A stretch of 64,000 nt of DNA, from contig JAVJSW010000073.1 in assembly GCA_040219255.1 (NCBI GenBank), positions 10,621 through 74,620 of the forward strand, given 5' to 3'. Shown in pieces: positions 47,353 to 57,505 of this stretch. Position 1 is the stretch's first letter. Each line of letters starts with the position of its first letter. The position numbers were made by a program, and so were the translations under genes. Below the pieces are notes generated by a model that saw only the letters and a program-made list of their open reading frames with translations, was not told where the DNA came from and did not search any database. This DNA is from Sumerlaeia bacterium (lineage in GTDB: Bacteria; Sumerlaeota; Sumerlaeia; SLMS01; JAHLLQ01).

Positions 47353-49176
47353 ATGAGTCGATTTGTCTCACAATTTTCCGCCGTGGCCTTGGCAGCGGGT
47401 CTGACCGCTCCCGCCATCGCGCAAAAAGACGTTGCCGAAAAAGACGTCACCCTGACCAACGTTCCCTTGTCCCAGTGGGACATCACGCCGGAAACGAACC
47501 CTGTCACCGGCTTTGCCCGCGGCCGGGTTTCCTTCAACCAGGACCAGACCGAGATCATCTTCCAGCCCAACGCCACGACGCCCGGCAACACGTTCGCCTT
47601 CATCAGTTCGCCGGTGCTCGACGCCCCGCCCATGGTGGAGCCGGACAAGCCCGGCACGATGGCCGTGGGCATGCGTCTTCTTTATGAAGCCGACGCCGTG
47701 GCCCAAGGCCAATTCGCGCCGTTTATCCGGCTCCGCGCCGGATTGGGCGACAACTTGGGCACCGCGCCCGTCTTCGATACCTTCGCCGAATCCCAAGCCA
47801 CGCAGAACCGCATCGGCGCCGGCGGCAGCGGCCAGCTCGTCGTACTCGTCGATCAGAGCCAGCTCATCAACGGCACCGACGGCGACATCCGCTACTTCAT
47901 CGATTTCATCGCCTTTGGCGAACCGGTCGATCCCAACTACACCGTTCGGATCGTCGGCACCGACCTGCTGGAAATCGAAGCCGGCGACATCGTCAACTCC
48001 GACTCCTCGGTGATTCGCGCCGCTTATGTGGACGACGACCGCCTCTACGTTCACGTCAACGATCTGAGCGACAACCGCATCGAAGTGGTCAGCGGCTCCG
48101 ATGTCGACGATTACGCCTACCGGGGCCGGTTCCTGGTGGTGATCAACGACGACGGCGAACTGTTCGGCTATGACGCCGCCGTGGGCTTCAACTCGGGCGA
48201 CCGCTTCGACATCGAAGTGGACTCGGGCGACGAAGTCGTCGGCGCCGCCATCTCGGGCAACTTCGTCTCCTACGTTGAGGAAGGCGGCCGCACCCGCGTC
48301 TTCAACCTCGACAGCAAAACCCAGACGGCCACCATCATCGATCAGGACACGCCGGACATTTCGCCCGACGAAGTCTTCGGCATCACCGCCGGCGGCGTTC
48401 CCGGGTCCTTCATCCTGGTTCTCGAAGACAACGAGAACGATATCGGCGAACGCGATCTCTTCGCCTTCGACGCCAACAACCTCGGCGCCGGCGTTCCTCC
48501 CATCGCCTCCGATGTGGAACTCGATTACATCCGCACCCTGACCACCAACAACTCCCGCAACGCGAACGATATCGGGTTCTTGAAGGGCGCCACCCAGGAC
48601 AGCACGGTCTTCGCGGCCTACGTCGCCGACGACGTCCTTTATGTCCACCTGGACGCGCCCACCAGCACCCGCAACGATATCGCCGAAGCGGACGAATTGA
48701 CGGACTACGTTTACAACGGAGCCTTCATCGCCATCGTCGATAATGACGGCGCCCTAGGCTTCTACGACGCCACGGAAGGGTTCGCCGATTCGGACTTCAC
48801 AGAGATCGAGCCCGACGGCGGCGTCCTCGCCGTGGCTATCGGTCAAGACTATTTGGTCTACACGGACGACGATAACCGCGCCCGCCTCGTGAATCTGGCG
48901 ACCTTCCCGCAGACCCCCGCCGGTTCCAGCACCAACCGCCCGGTTCTGATCTCCTCCGACGATCTCTATGGCATCGGCGTCGGCGGCGACGGCAGCACCT
49001 TCCTCGTGTTCACCGATGAAGGCAGCGGCGATGTGGGCATCCAGGCCTACGACGCCGAGACCGGCGATCCGGCGAACCCGAGTCTTGTCACGCTGACGGA
49101 CTCGGCGGACCTGAACCTAGTTCGCTACAACACCACGGGCGCCTCCTACAACGCCCGCGGGAGCTTCTTCCGCTAA
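47353..49176 (+). CDS. Secreted acidic protein with two ~195-aa tandem beta-rich repeats
   Basis: Signal peptide (AVALAAGLTAPAIA-Q), AAAGGA RBS, strong C-ending codon bias; repeats start near 48001 and 48598. Confidence 0.8.
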   Translation: MSRFVSQFSAVALAAGLTAPAIAQKDVAEKDVTLTNVPLSQWDITPETNPVTGFARGRVSFNQDQTEIIFQPNATTPGNTFAFISSPVLDAPPMVEPDKPGTMAVGMRLLYEADAVAQGQFAPFIRLRAGLGDNLGTAPVFDTFAESQATQNRIGAGGSGQLVVLVDQSQLINGTDGDIRYFIDFIAFGEPVDPNYTVRIVGTDLLEIEAGDIVNSDSSVIRAAYVDDDRLYVHVNDLSDNRIEVVSGSDVDDYAYRGRFLVVINDDGELFGYDAAVGFNSGDRFDIEVDSGDEVVGAAISGNFVSYVEEGGRTRVFNLDSKTQTATIIDQDTPDISPDEVFGITAGGVPGSFILVLEDNENDIGERDLFAFDANNLGAGVPPIASDVELDYIRTLTTNNSRNANDIGFLKGATQDSTVFAAYVADDVLYVHLDAPTSTRNDIAEADELTDYVYNGAFIAIVDNDGALGFYDATEGFADSDFTEIEPDGGVLAVAIGQDYLVYTDDDNRARLVNLATFPQTPAGSSTNRPVLISSDDLYGIGVGGDGSTFLVFTDEGSGDVGIQAYDAETGDPANPSLVTLTDSADLNLVRYNTTGASYNARGSFFR

Positions 49177-49217
49177 GACCGAGCAAGGACATCACGGGCT
49201 CCAGCAGCCCGAAGACC

Positions 49218-49245
49218 GAGCCGCCTCGTACAACCGGGGCGGCTC
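49218..49245. terminator. Stem-loop between convergent genes
   Basis: GAGCCGCCTCG tacaac CGGGGCGGCTC. Confidence 0.45.
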
Positions 49246-50803
49246 AGTCTATTTTACCCCAACCGCCGCCGCCAGGGGTCTCGACCCGCAGGCGGTCGCC
49301 GGGGCCCAGCTCCAGCGTCGCGCAGCCCTCCACCGGCTCCTCTCGCCCCCCGGCCCGGCGCACGGTCTGGCGCCCCACGGCCCCCGGCTCGCCCCCGTCG
49401 GCGCCATAGGGCGCCTCGCCGCGGTGCTGCGTGATGAGCGAAATGGAAACCGGTTCGAGGAACTCGTACTCGCGCACGAGGCCCTCTCCGCCGCGCCAGC
49501 GCCCCGCCCCGCCCGAGCCCTCGCGCAGATGGAACGCCCGCAGCCGCACGGGAAAGCGCTGCTCCAGGACCTCTGGATCCGTGATCTTCGTGTTCGTCAT
49601 GTGGACCTGAACGCCGTCGGCGCCGCGGAATCCGCCCCCCGCTCCGGCGCCGCCCCCGATGGTTTCGTAGTAGCCGAACCGTGCGTTGCCGAACAAGACG
49701 TTGTTCATCGTTCCCTGGCCACAGGCGCCCAGCCCCAGCGCTCGGATCAGCGCATCCACGAGGCGCTGGCTCACTTCCGTATTGCCACCGCCGACAGCCG
49801 GCGCGCCGGCGGGGTCCGTGAACCCGGGATTGAGCAAGCAGCCCGGTGGCAGGGCGAGCTGGACCGGGTGGAGAAAGCCCTCGTTCAGCGGCAGGTCTTC
49901 GCGCACCATCAGCCGCAGTACGTAGACCACGGCGCTGCTGACGATGGCTGGTGTGGCGTTGAGGTTGCGCGGATGGACGGCGCCGGTGCCGGCGAAGTCG
50001 AAACGCGCGGACCCATCGGCCTCAAAGGCAATGGCCACCGCGATGGGCGAGCCATCGTCCAACCGCTCGACGGCTTCGGCGCGCATTCCGGCGCGCATTC
50101 CGGCGCGCTCGGCCAGCACGGCCCGCACGCGGCGCTCCGAGAGGGCCTTCAGGTCCTCCATGCGCCGGTGGATTTCGGCGGTTCCGAACTCGCGGCAGAG
50201 GGCGCGCAGAGCCGCTTCGCCCCGCTTGTTGGCGGCAACGGCGGAGCGCAAGTCGGCGAGGTTCTGCTCTGGAGCGCGGCTGGGCCAGGGCCCGGCCCGG
50301 AGGAGGTGCTCCATTTTGTCCCACTGAGGTGCGCCGCCCTCGATCAGGCGAAAGGGCGCGATGGCGATGCCTTCCTCGCTAAGGCGGGTGGCGTCTGGGG
50401 GCATGGACCCGGGGCGAGTGCCGCCCAGCTCGGCATGATGGGCGCGGTTCGCGACGATGCCAAGGAGGGCGCCGCCCGCTTCGTCGAACACTGGCGTAAT
50501 GACTGTAATATCAGGCAAATGCGATCCGCCAAAGGCGGGGTGGTTGGTGACGAAAACATCGCCCGGATGGGGCTCCAATTCGGCCAGGACCCGCCGCACA
50601 CAAAGGCTCATGGCGCCGAGATGCACCGGAATATGCGGCGCGTTGGCGATCAGTTCCCCCGCCGGATCGAGCAGCGCGCAGGAATAATCCAGCCGCTCCT
50701 TGATATTCGTCGAGATGGCGGTGCGCCGCAGTTGCTCGCCCATCTCCTCGGCGATGGCGCGGAAGCGATTGGTGAACAATTCCAGCTCGACGGCTTCGAT
50801 CAT
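49244..50803 (-). CDS. Hydantoinase B / 5-oxoprolinase C-terminal subunit
   Basis: [54 protein letters not shown] and TPGGGGWG motifs. Confidence 0.92.
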   Translation of the reverse strand: MIEAVELELFTNRFRAIAEEMGEQLRRTAISTNIKERLDYSCALLDPAGELIANAPHIPVHLGAMSLCVRRVLAELEPHPGDVFVTNHPAFGGSHLPDITVITPVFDEAGGALLGIVANRAHHAELGGTRPGSMPPDATRLSEEGIAIAPFRLIEGGAPQWDKMEHLLRAGPWPSRAPEQNLADLRSAVAANKRGEAALRALCREFGTAEIHRRMEDLKALSERRVRAVLAERAGMRAGMRAEAVERLDDGSPIAVAIAFEADGSARFDFAGTGAVHPRNLNATPAIVSSAVVYVLRLMVREDLPLNEGFLHPVQLALPPGCLLNPGFTDPAGAPAVGGGNTEVSQRLVDALIRALGLGACGQGTMNNVLFGNARFGYYETIGGGAGAGGGFRGADGVQVHMTNTKITDPEVLEQRFPVRLRAFHLREGSGGAGRWRGGEGLVREYEFLEPVSISLITQHRGEAPYGADGGEPGAVGRQTVRRAGGREEPVEGCATLELGPGDRLRVETPGGGGWGKID

Positions 50804-51585
50804 TTCGGTTTGAGCATCTTCCCGGCAACGTTGCGGATCCAGGGCTTGGGAAAGAACCGCAGGGAAAACGCCCGCAGGTTCGCGAAGAGCCCATCGGTGC
50901 GTACCACGCGGCCCGCCTCGTAGGCATCCAGCGCCCGCCGCACGCAGTCTTCCGCGGGCACGAGCCGGCGCTTGCGGAATTGCGTCGGGCTGTCGGCTTT
51001 CTCGTGGAATTCGCTCTCCGTGGGGCCGGGGCAGAGCGCCATGACGCGCACGTTGTAGGGCCGCATCTCGACCGCCATGGCTTCGGAAAAGCTCGTCAGA
51101 TAGGCCTTCGTCGCCCCGTACACGGCCAGGTAAGGGCAGGGCTGGAATCCGGTGATCGAGGACACGTTGATGATGCCACCGGCCTGATGGCGCGCCATCA
51201 TCTTGCCGATCTCGTGCGACAAAATGGTCGCCGTCTCGACGTTCAGCCGCACCATATCGACCAGCGTCATCAGGTCCTGCTCGACCACGGCGCCATACTG
51301 GCCAAAGCCCGCATTGTTCACCAGCAGCGCCGGGATCAGCCGGTGCTCCTCCAGGTAGTCCAGCAGCGTTTTCGGCCCGCCCTGGGCCACCAGGTCCGTG
51401 GCGAGGACGTGGACGGTGCGGCCCTGCTCGGCCCGCAGCCGCTCCGCCAGTTCCTCCAGCCGTTCCTTGCGCCGCGCCACGATCAGCAAATCGTAACCCC
51501 GCGCCGCCAAATCCCGCGCGAACGCGTGCCCCAGGCCCGAGGACGCCCCCGTCACGACTGCCAAGCCTTTGTCCTCATTTGCCAT
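50800..51585 (-). CDS. SDR family oxidoreductase (DltE-like)
   Basis: TGASSGLG, LVNNAGFG, YGATKAY and LCPGPT.SEF motifs. Confidence 0.92.
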   Translation of the reverse strand: MANEDKGLAVVTGASSGLGHAFARDLAARGYDLLIVARRKERLEELAERLRAEQGRTVHVLATDLVAQGGPKTLLDYLEEHRLIPALLVNNAGFGQYGAVVEQDLMTLVDMVRLNVETATILSHEIGKMMARHQAGGIINVSSITGFQPCPYLAVYGATKAYLTSFSEAMAVEMRPYNVRVMALCPGPTESEFHEKADSPTQFRKRRLVPAEDCVRRALDAYEAGRVVRTDGLFANLRAFSLRFFPKPWIRNVAGKMLKPK

Positions 51586-53830
51586 CTTCCGTTGTCCTTT
51601 CGCGGGTCAGCACCAGGGTGCGGCGGCCGTCAAGCCGGCCGGCCCAGCCGGGCTCGACGAGCAGCGCGCTGTGGGAATCGAAAACAAGAGCCGGGCCTGA
51701 CAGTTCGCCGCCGGGCGTCATGGCGCCGCGTTCGAAAACCGGGATGTCGCTCCAGCCGGTGGCAGCGAAGTACACGGGCCGATGGCGCAGCGGCTCGGCG
51801 CGTTGGGGGCGAGTAGGTTCCTCCGGCATGGCGAGAGGCGCTTCCGCCGACTTGGCCACCACGCGGAGGGACTCGGCCTCTATGGAGGCGTCTTCCGGGC
51901 AATGGCCGAAAATCTCGGCGTAGAGCCCGCGGAATGCGGCGACGGTATCGACGCCAGGCGACCACTCGACGGCAAGCGTGGCGTCCTGGCCCAGAAAGCG
52001 GAGACTCGCGATGCGGCGGGTGATTTCCGCGCGGCCGCGGGGAATGCCTTCGCTGGCCAGGCGGTCGATGGCTTCCTCGTCGGCTTCGGCGAAGGCTCCG
52101 GCGAGGTCCAGCTCGGCGAGCAAGCGCAGAATCTGGCGCTCCGCCATGGCCGTAAAGCGTGCCAAGCCAACGCCATAGGCGCTCAGCAAGCCCGCGTCGG
52201 CGGGGGAGAGGACGGTGCGGATCGCCAGCAGCCCGGCCAACGCGCACGCATGCTGGCCCCCCGCGCCGCCAAAGGAAACCAGCGCGTGACTGGCGGGGTC
52301 GTAGCCCTTGCGCAGAGAAATGCGCCGCACCGTGTCGGCCATACGCTCGTTGGCGATGCGCAGGAACCCGGCGGCGAGGGCTTCGCGGGCTGGGGCGCTC
52401 TGGCCCGCCTCCTCCATTGCGCCGCGGATGGCATCGATGCGGGCGCTGGAGGCTTCGACGGAAACGGGGAAAGGGAAGGCTTCGGGATCGAGGCGCCCCA
52501 GCAGCAAATTCGCGTCGGTAATCGTCAGCGGCCCGCCCGCGCCATAGCACGCGGGCCCGGGAGACGCCCCGGCGCTTTCCGGCCCCACCAGGAGGCGGTC
52601 GCCATCGAAGCGGCAGATCGACCCCCCGCCCGCCGCCACCGTCTCGATAGCCAGTGCCGGGGCGGAAAGCAGCGCGTCGCCGACCCGGTGCTCGAACACA
52701 TAGTCGAAGGCGTCAGCGTAGCGCGAGACGTCGGTGCTCGTCCCACCCATGTCGAAGCCGATCAGCCGCGTGAACCCGGCGGCCCGGCCCACCGCCGCCA
52801 TGCCCGCCACTCCGCCCGCGGGGCCGCTGAGGAGCGAGTCCTTGGGCTGATAGCGATCGGCGTGCACCAGGCCTCCGGCGCTCGTCATCATCGCGGTCGA
52901 GGAGCCCTCGCGGCGGCCCGCGCCCGCCCCCACCCGGTCCAAGTACCCCCCGATGATCGGCGCTAGGTACGCGTTCACCACGGCCGTTTGGGCGCGCGGA
53001 AGAATCTGAATCAGCGGCGACAAGTGGCTGGAGAGCGAAACGTGATCGAAGCCTTCCTCGCGCAGCATCGCTGCCAGCGCGTCCTCGTGCGCCGGGTTGC
53101 GGTAGCTGTGGAGCAACGCCACGGCGGCCGTCTCGTGTCCCTCAGCGCGCAGTGCGCGAACGCGCGGGCGCAGGGCCTCCACGTTCAGGGGCTCGATCTC
53201 AGCGCCGGTGGCGTCCAGGCGGCCGGGGACCTCGACGACAGGACCGTGGAGCGGCTCGGGCTTCTCGATGGCCAGGGCGAAAATGTCGGGGCGCCGCTGA
53301 TCGCCCACACGGAGCAGATCGCGAAAGCCCTCGGTCACGAAGAACACCGGCGGTGTGCCCTTGCGCTCCAGCAGCGCGTTTGTCCCGCGCGTGGTGGCGA
53401 GGCGTAACTCCATAATCGGCAGCGCTTCTCCCGCCGGAGTTCGAGTCACCAACCGCGCGGCGAGAAGGGGCGCTTCCTCCGGCGATTCGAGCACGCAGGG
53501 GAAGGAGGCACCGGTCGAGGCAGGCCGGTTGAGGCGGAGGAACTGCCCGGCGGAGTCCTCGACCGTTGAAGCGAAAAGTTGGTTTCCATCGCCATGGAAC
53601 GCGCGAAAGGCAAAGCCGCTGAAGAAGCCATCGGGCAGCTCGGGAAAGCCTTGGAGCCGCACGGAATATCGATCCTCCGCAACCTCAGCCGTGCCGCGCA
53701 GCGCACTGTGGCTGAGGACCTTGGCGCGGTGAAACGCGCCTGCCGGGTCGATGGCGATGCAGTCGGTGAAGGTGCCGCCGGTGTCGATCCAGACGCGCCA
53801 GAGCGGAGCCGGGGCGCTATTGGCCGACAT
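51575..53830 (-). CDS. Hydantoinase A / 5-oxoprolinase N-terminal subunit
   Basis: DTGGTFTD, TTRGTNALLERKG, SGPAGG, FDMGGTSTDV, TVAAGGGS, GPESAGA.PGPACY and FGGAGGQH motifs. Confidence 0.93.
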   Translation of the reverse strand: MSANSAPAPLWRVWIDTGGTFTDCIAIDPAGAFHRAKVLSHSALRGTAEVAEDRYSVRLQGFPELPDGFFSGFAFRAFHGDGNQLFASTVEDSAGQFLRLNRPASTGASFPCVLESPEEAPLLAARLVTRTPAGEALPIMELRLATTRGTNALLERKGTPPVFFVTEGFRDLLRVGDQRRPDIFALAIEKPEPLHGPVVEVPGRLDATGAEIEPLNVEALRPRVRALRAEGHETAAVALLHSYRNPAHEDALAAMLREEGFDHVSLSSHLSPLIQILPRAQTAVVNAYLAPIIGGYLDRVGAGAGRREGSSTAMMTSAGGLVHADRYQPKDSLLSGPAGGVAGMAAVGRAAGFTRLIGFDMGGTSTDVSRYADAFDYVFEHRVGDALLSAPALAIETVAAGGGSICRFDGDRLLVGPESAGASPGPACYGAGGPLTITDANLLLGRLDPEAFPFPVSVEASSARIDAIRGAMEEAGQSAPAREALAAGFLRIANERMADTVRRISLRKGYDPASHALVSFGGAGGQHACALAGLLAIRTVLSPADAGLLSAYGVGLARFTAMAERQILRLLAELDLAGAFAEADEEAIDRLASEGIPRGRAEITRRIASLRFLGQDATLAVEWSPGVDTVAAFRGLYAEIFGHCPEDASIEAESLRVVAKSAEAPLAMPEEPTRPQRAEPLRHRPVYFAATGWSDIPVFERGAMTPGGELSGPALVFDSHSALLVEPGWAGRLDGRRTLVLTRERTTEDGK

Positions 53831-54224
53831 GGATGGCGACGTTGCGGGTGCCCCGGTGGTACCGGTGTTCCCACAGGTAAATGCCCTGCCAGGTGCCGAG
53901 CGCCAGCCGGCCGTCCATCACCGGAATCGACAGCGTGGTCGAGGTCAGCGCGGCCTTGATGTGGGCCGGCATATCGTCCGGCCCCTCGGCGGTGTGCGTA
54001 TAGAGCGGGTCGTTTTCCTTCACCAGCCGGTTGAGCCAGTTTTCCAGATCGTGGCGAGCGGAGGGATCGGCGTTTTCCTGAATCGTCAGGCTGGCCGATG
54101 TGTGCTGGACAAAGACGGTGCAAAGCCCGTCGCGAACACCCGATTCGCGCACGGCGGCGGCGACCTGCGAAGTGAATTCATGGAGCCCCTGGCCCCGGGA
54201 TTCGACTCGGATTTGTTTCACCAC
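53817..54224 (-). CDS. yjbQ: YjbQ family (UPF0047) protein
   Basis: HTSASL.IQENADP, EGPDDMPAHIK and LGTWQGIYLWEHR motifs. Confidence 0.92.
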   Translation of the reverse strand: MVKQIRVESRGQGLHEFTSQVAAAVRESGVRDGLCTVFVQHTSASLTIQENADPSARHDLENWLNRLVKENDPLYTHTAEGPDDMPAHIKAALTSTTLSIPVMDGRLALGTWQGIYLWEHRYHRGTRNVAIHVGQ

Positions 54225-54254
54225 GGCGGCGGTTCCTCCTGGGCGGCGGGCATG

Positions 54255-54283
54255 AAAAAAGCCTCTCGCGGTGGAGAGGCTTT
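54255..54283 (-). terminator. Rho-independent terminator after tRNA-Val
   Basis: Minus strand AAAGCCTCTC-caccgc-GAGAGGCTTTTTT. Confidence 0.85.
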
Positions 54284-54294
54284 CCTCAAGGCCA

Positions 54295-54371
54295 TGGTGG
54301 GCGATACTAGACTCGAACTAGTGACCTCTGGTATGTGAGACCAGCGCTCTAACCACCTGAGCTAATCACCC
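54295..54371 (-). tRNA. tRNA-Val(CAC)
   Basis: Minus strand GGGTGATTAGCTCAGGTGGTTAGAGCG-CTGGT CTCACAT ACCAG-AGGTCACTAGTTCGAGTCTAGTATCGCCCACCA; 77 nt with encoded CCA. Confidence 0.96.
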
Positions 54372-54384
54372 ACAGGAGTCAGGG

Positions 54385-54412
54385 AGTGTACGGACGGGCG
54401 GGGCGATTGCAA
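54385..54412 (-). promoter_or_regulatory. Sigma70-type promoter of tRNA-Val
   Basis: TTGCAA-N16-TACACT ending 13 nt upstream of the tRNA 5' end. Confidence 0.6.
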
Positions 54413-54595
54413 GGGGATTCTGAGCCTCGGGAAATTTTCGCGCCTGTGCGCCCGGCCCCGCAGACCCGATCCCATTCGACTCTCTGCATCGGCGGCCAAA
54501 TCCTCCGCCCCGCGATTTGTGTTGCCCTGATTGGCGCGGGGGGCGGAAACAAGGTTCGATCTCTGAGAACACGCCCGAGGAAGGAATCCGAGGCC

Positions 54596-55015
54596 ATGGC
54601 CGAGATGAGCCGTCTGGAACTGACAAAGAAAATCCAGGAAATCGACCGAGAACTGGGCAAGGAAATCGCCACCACCCAGGGCCGATCCCGCCACATCGAC
54701 CCGCGCGATTTCCACTTCCCTTGGGTCAGTGTCATCATCACCCTGGCGACCTTCGGGTTCTGGATGTTTGGCGGGGCGATCCTGCCTGGGATTCACGGAC
54801 CCTACGCCTTCTACATCTTCATCGCGGCGTGCGTGTTCGCGCTCATCAGCCTCTGGCGGATCTTCCGCTGGCTCAAGAACGGCGTCTTCGGCAAGAGCAA
54901 GCCCCTGATGAGCGGCGACGAATCGGACCGCGCCCGTCAGCTCCGCATGGAGCGCGACGCCCTCCGCGCGCAGTTGGAAGAGATCAAGCGCAAGGAAGAG
55001 CACGGCGGGGTCTGA
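54596..55015 (+). CDS. Hypothetical 2-TM protein with coiled-coil termini
   Basis: AAGGA/GAGG RBS; charged helix, two TM, charged helix; strong codon bias. Confidence 0.7.
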   Translation: MAEMSRLELTKKIQEIDRELGKEIATTQGRSRHIDPRDFHFPWVSVIITLATFGFWMFGGAILPGIHGPYAFYIFIAACVFALISLWRIFRWLKNGVFGKSKPLMSGDESDRARQLRMERDALRAQLEEIKRKEEHGGV

Positions 55016-55077
55016 CGCGACTCCCCGCCAATCCCCACTTGCCCGCTGGGGGCGTCCCGGCCTGAGATCGCGGCGCT

Positions 55078-57099
55078 ATGTCGCTGCTCTTCGCCGTCAT
55101 CCTGTTTCTCTTCGCCTACGGCTGCGGCGCCTCACTCTGGAGGCTCCTCGACCGCAGCGGCGCCGTCGCGCGCGCCATCGGGCCGCTGCCGGGCCGGTTG
55201 CTGGCGACCCTTCTCGGCGCCTCCGCCGTCGGCACAGTGACAATGCCCCTGGCGGCCCTGGGATTGGGCAAGCTCCCGCGCGCTGTCCTTATCGGTGTGG
55301 TGCTCAGTGGCGCCGCCTGGGGAGCCTGGTGCTTCTGGCGCGACCGCCGGCTCTGGCTTCCGGCCGGCCGGTGGTCGGTCTCGTGGGCCGATGGGGTGGG
55401 GGCTTGCGGGTTCCTGGCGGCCACGCTCCTGACCCTCTTCTTCGCCTGGCGGCCGACGCTGACGGTGGACGACTGGATGTACCACTACACGGTGCCGCGC
55501 CAGTGGCTGATCCAGGGCACGGTGCCCGATGTGCCCTACGAAATCCACGCCCACTTCTATCTGCTGGCCGAGAGTTGGTCTTTATGGGGACTGGTGCTGG
55601 CGCCGAGGGATTTCCTTCTGACCAAGCTGACGCAGGTGTTCGCCGCCGTGGCCGGCGGGCTCCTGATCGCGTGGCTGGGCCGGCGGCACCTGGGCATCGG
55701 CATTGGATGGTTCGCCGGGACGTGGTGGCTGCTGATGCGCAAGACCATCGAGCACAGCGCTTCGAACTATATCGACGTCGCCCACGCGGCCTTGGTGATC
55801 GGTGCCTACGCGGTCCTGAGTTCCGCCGTGCGGCTCCCGGACTGGAAAGAGCGCCGCCCGCTCCTGGTGCTCGGCGGGCTGTTTCTCGGCTTCGCGGTCA
55901 GCACCAAGGTCAGCGCCCTGACCGTCGCGGTCGCCACGACGATCGCCTATGGTATCGCGGTCCTTCATCGCCGCGAGTTCGGTCTCCGGGCAATTGGGGC
56001 GCAGGTGGCGCTGATCGCGGCTCCGGCGCTTCTCGTGACTCTGCCTTGGATGATCAAGAACAGGCTCTTCGCATGGAACCCGTTCTATCCGTTCCTGATG
56101 GACAAGTTCGGCGCCCGGCCCGAACTCAGGCAGGTCGCCCTGGATTTCATGGCGTATTACAACAACTTCGAAATTCTCGAGTGGTCCGCCGACGGCCTGG
56201 CGAATTTCTTCCCGTACTGGCATGCGTTCCTGAACAACGTCTGGCACCTGGATCAGAATCGCATTGTGATGCTGTTCGCGGCGGCCATTCCGCTGTGGCT
56301 GCTGCCAGGGAGCAGGGACACGTGGCAGGCCCGGCCCATGCCGGGCGAGATGCTGCGCCGCGATCCCGCGCTCGCGTTCCTGGCGGTTCTGTCGCTGGCG
56401 TTCTGGGTGCCGTCGTTCTTGACCCCCACGCCGCGCTTCATTCTCGGGTCCGTGGCCTTGCTCGTCTTGATCGCCTTCGGGGTCATTGCCCGCTTCGTCC
56501 TGACCCGGAGGTGGGGGCGGGAAATCCTGTGGGTTCTGGCCATTCCGCTTTTCGTCTATCAGATGATCGCCGCCTTCCATTGGAGCCATCCCGCCATCCC
56601 TGGCCGCGACGTGGTGGCGCCGGGGCTTTGGCCGACTCAGCGCCGGATGTGGGATCGCTATTACGCCGTAGCCTTTCCCCATATGGAACTGCTGCCCGAT
56701 TTGAACGCGCGGGTCGAGGAATCGGGCGGGAAACTGTTGCTGACGGAAAACTGGGAAATCGCGCTCTTCCTCGACGTCCCCATTGTGCAAAACCCGCACA
56801 TGCACAACAAGACCATCCTGCGCATCTGGGCCGAGGACGAAGGCCTTTCCGCGGATGTGATCGCAGAGGAGCTTCGCGCGCTTGATGTGACTTACCTGAT
56901 GACTTTGCCGCCACCCTTCGATGGCCGCCACGGCGTCTCCACGGCGGAAGCCTGGAGCAAGGGCCGGACGCGGGCCGAGCTGATGGAAGACCCGGAGGCG
57001 GAGGCCTTGGGCGAGATCCGCGCCCGCTGGCTCGAGCCGGTGGTGCAGGGGCAGTACGCTTGGTTGTGGAGATTGCGCCAGGAGCCGTTGGCCCCCTAG
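55078..57099 (+). CDS. GT-C-like (ArnT/PMT-related) polytopic membrane protein
   Basis: DDWMYH..VP loop motif, YID, G.A...K and PW..KN....NP.YPF motifs; more than 12 TM. Confidence 0.65.
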   Translation: MSLLFAVILFLFAYGCGASLWRLLDRSGAVARAIGPLPGRLLATLLGASAVGTVTMPLAALGLGKLPRAVLIGVVLSGAAWGAWCFWRDRRLWLPAGRWSVSWADGVGACGFLAATLLTLFFAWRPTLTVDDWMYHYTVPRQWLIQGTVPDVPYEIHAHFYLLAESWSLWGLVLAPRDFLLTKLTQVFAAVAGGLLIAWLGRRHLGIGIGWFAGTWWLLMRKTIEHSASNYIDVAHAALVIGAYAVLSSAVRLPDWKERRPLLVLGGLFLGFAVSTKVSALTVAVATTIAYGIAVLHRREFGLRAIGAQVALIAAPALLVTLPWMIKNRLFAWNPFYPFLMDKFGARPELRQVALDFMAYYNNFEILEWSADGLANFFPYWHAFLNNVWHLDQNRIVMLFAAAIPLWLLPGSRDTWQARPMPGEMLRRDPALAFLAVLSLAFWVPSFLTPTPRFILGSVALLVLIAFGVIARFVLTRRWGREILWVLAIPLFVYQMIAAFHWSHPAIPGRDVVAPGLWPTQRRMWDRYYAVAFPHMELLPDLNARVEESGGKLLLTENWEIALFLDVPIVQNPHMHNKTILRIWAEDEGLSADVIAEELRALDVTYLMTLPPPFDGRHGVSTAEAWSKGRTRAELMEDPEAEALGEIRARWLEPVVQGQYAWLWRLRQEPLAP

Positions 57100-57380
57100 A
57101 CACCCAAACGCAGAATCGCTCCCCCCATTCCCGTGAAGGCCAATCCCCCGAAGAGCGCGATCAGCACCGCCATCTTGTAGCGCGACTCGTACTCCGCCAG
57201 CGCGTAGTACAGCGGATAGGGAAAGAAGATGCAGAACATCGGGAGGCACAGGAGCATGATGAAACCCTTGAGGTAACTCTCCTCGAAGGCATCGACGAAG
57301 AGAAAAATCCAGGCCATGATCATCGCGTTGCAGCCCAGCATGGCGAGGAGGACGCCCGAGATCTGGAGAAAATTCGACAT
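57096..57380 (-). CDS. Small hypothetical membrane protein
   Basis: 3 TM, W...AF.ES...G pattern. Confidence 0.55.
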   Translation of the reverse strand: MSNFLQISGVLLAMLGCNAMIMAWIFLFVDAFEESYLKGFIMLLCLPMFCIFFPYPLYYALAEYESRYKMAVLIALFGGLAFTGMGGAILRLGV

Positions 57381-57505
57381 CGTGCCGCGAGCGATCCTCC
57401 GCTGGAATTGCGTCTGGTGAGCGCGCTCTTTCCTTGGCCCGGATCCCCGTCAAAGGTCAAGAGTGGCCGGAGCCCGATGGCCACTTTTCGAGACAGCCCG
57501 CCCCG

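Noticed and set aside
50077-50108. 12-bp tandem repeat (CGGCGCGCATTC x2.7) in hydB
   Set aside because: In-frame micro-duplication (AGMR) in a loop; a trivial slippage event.
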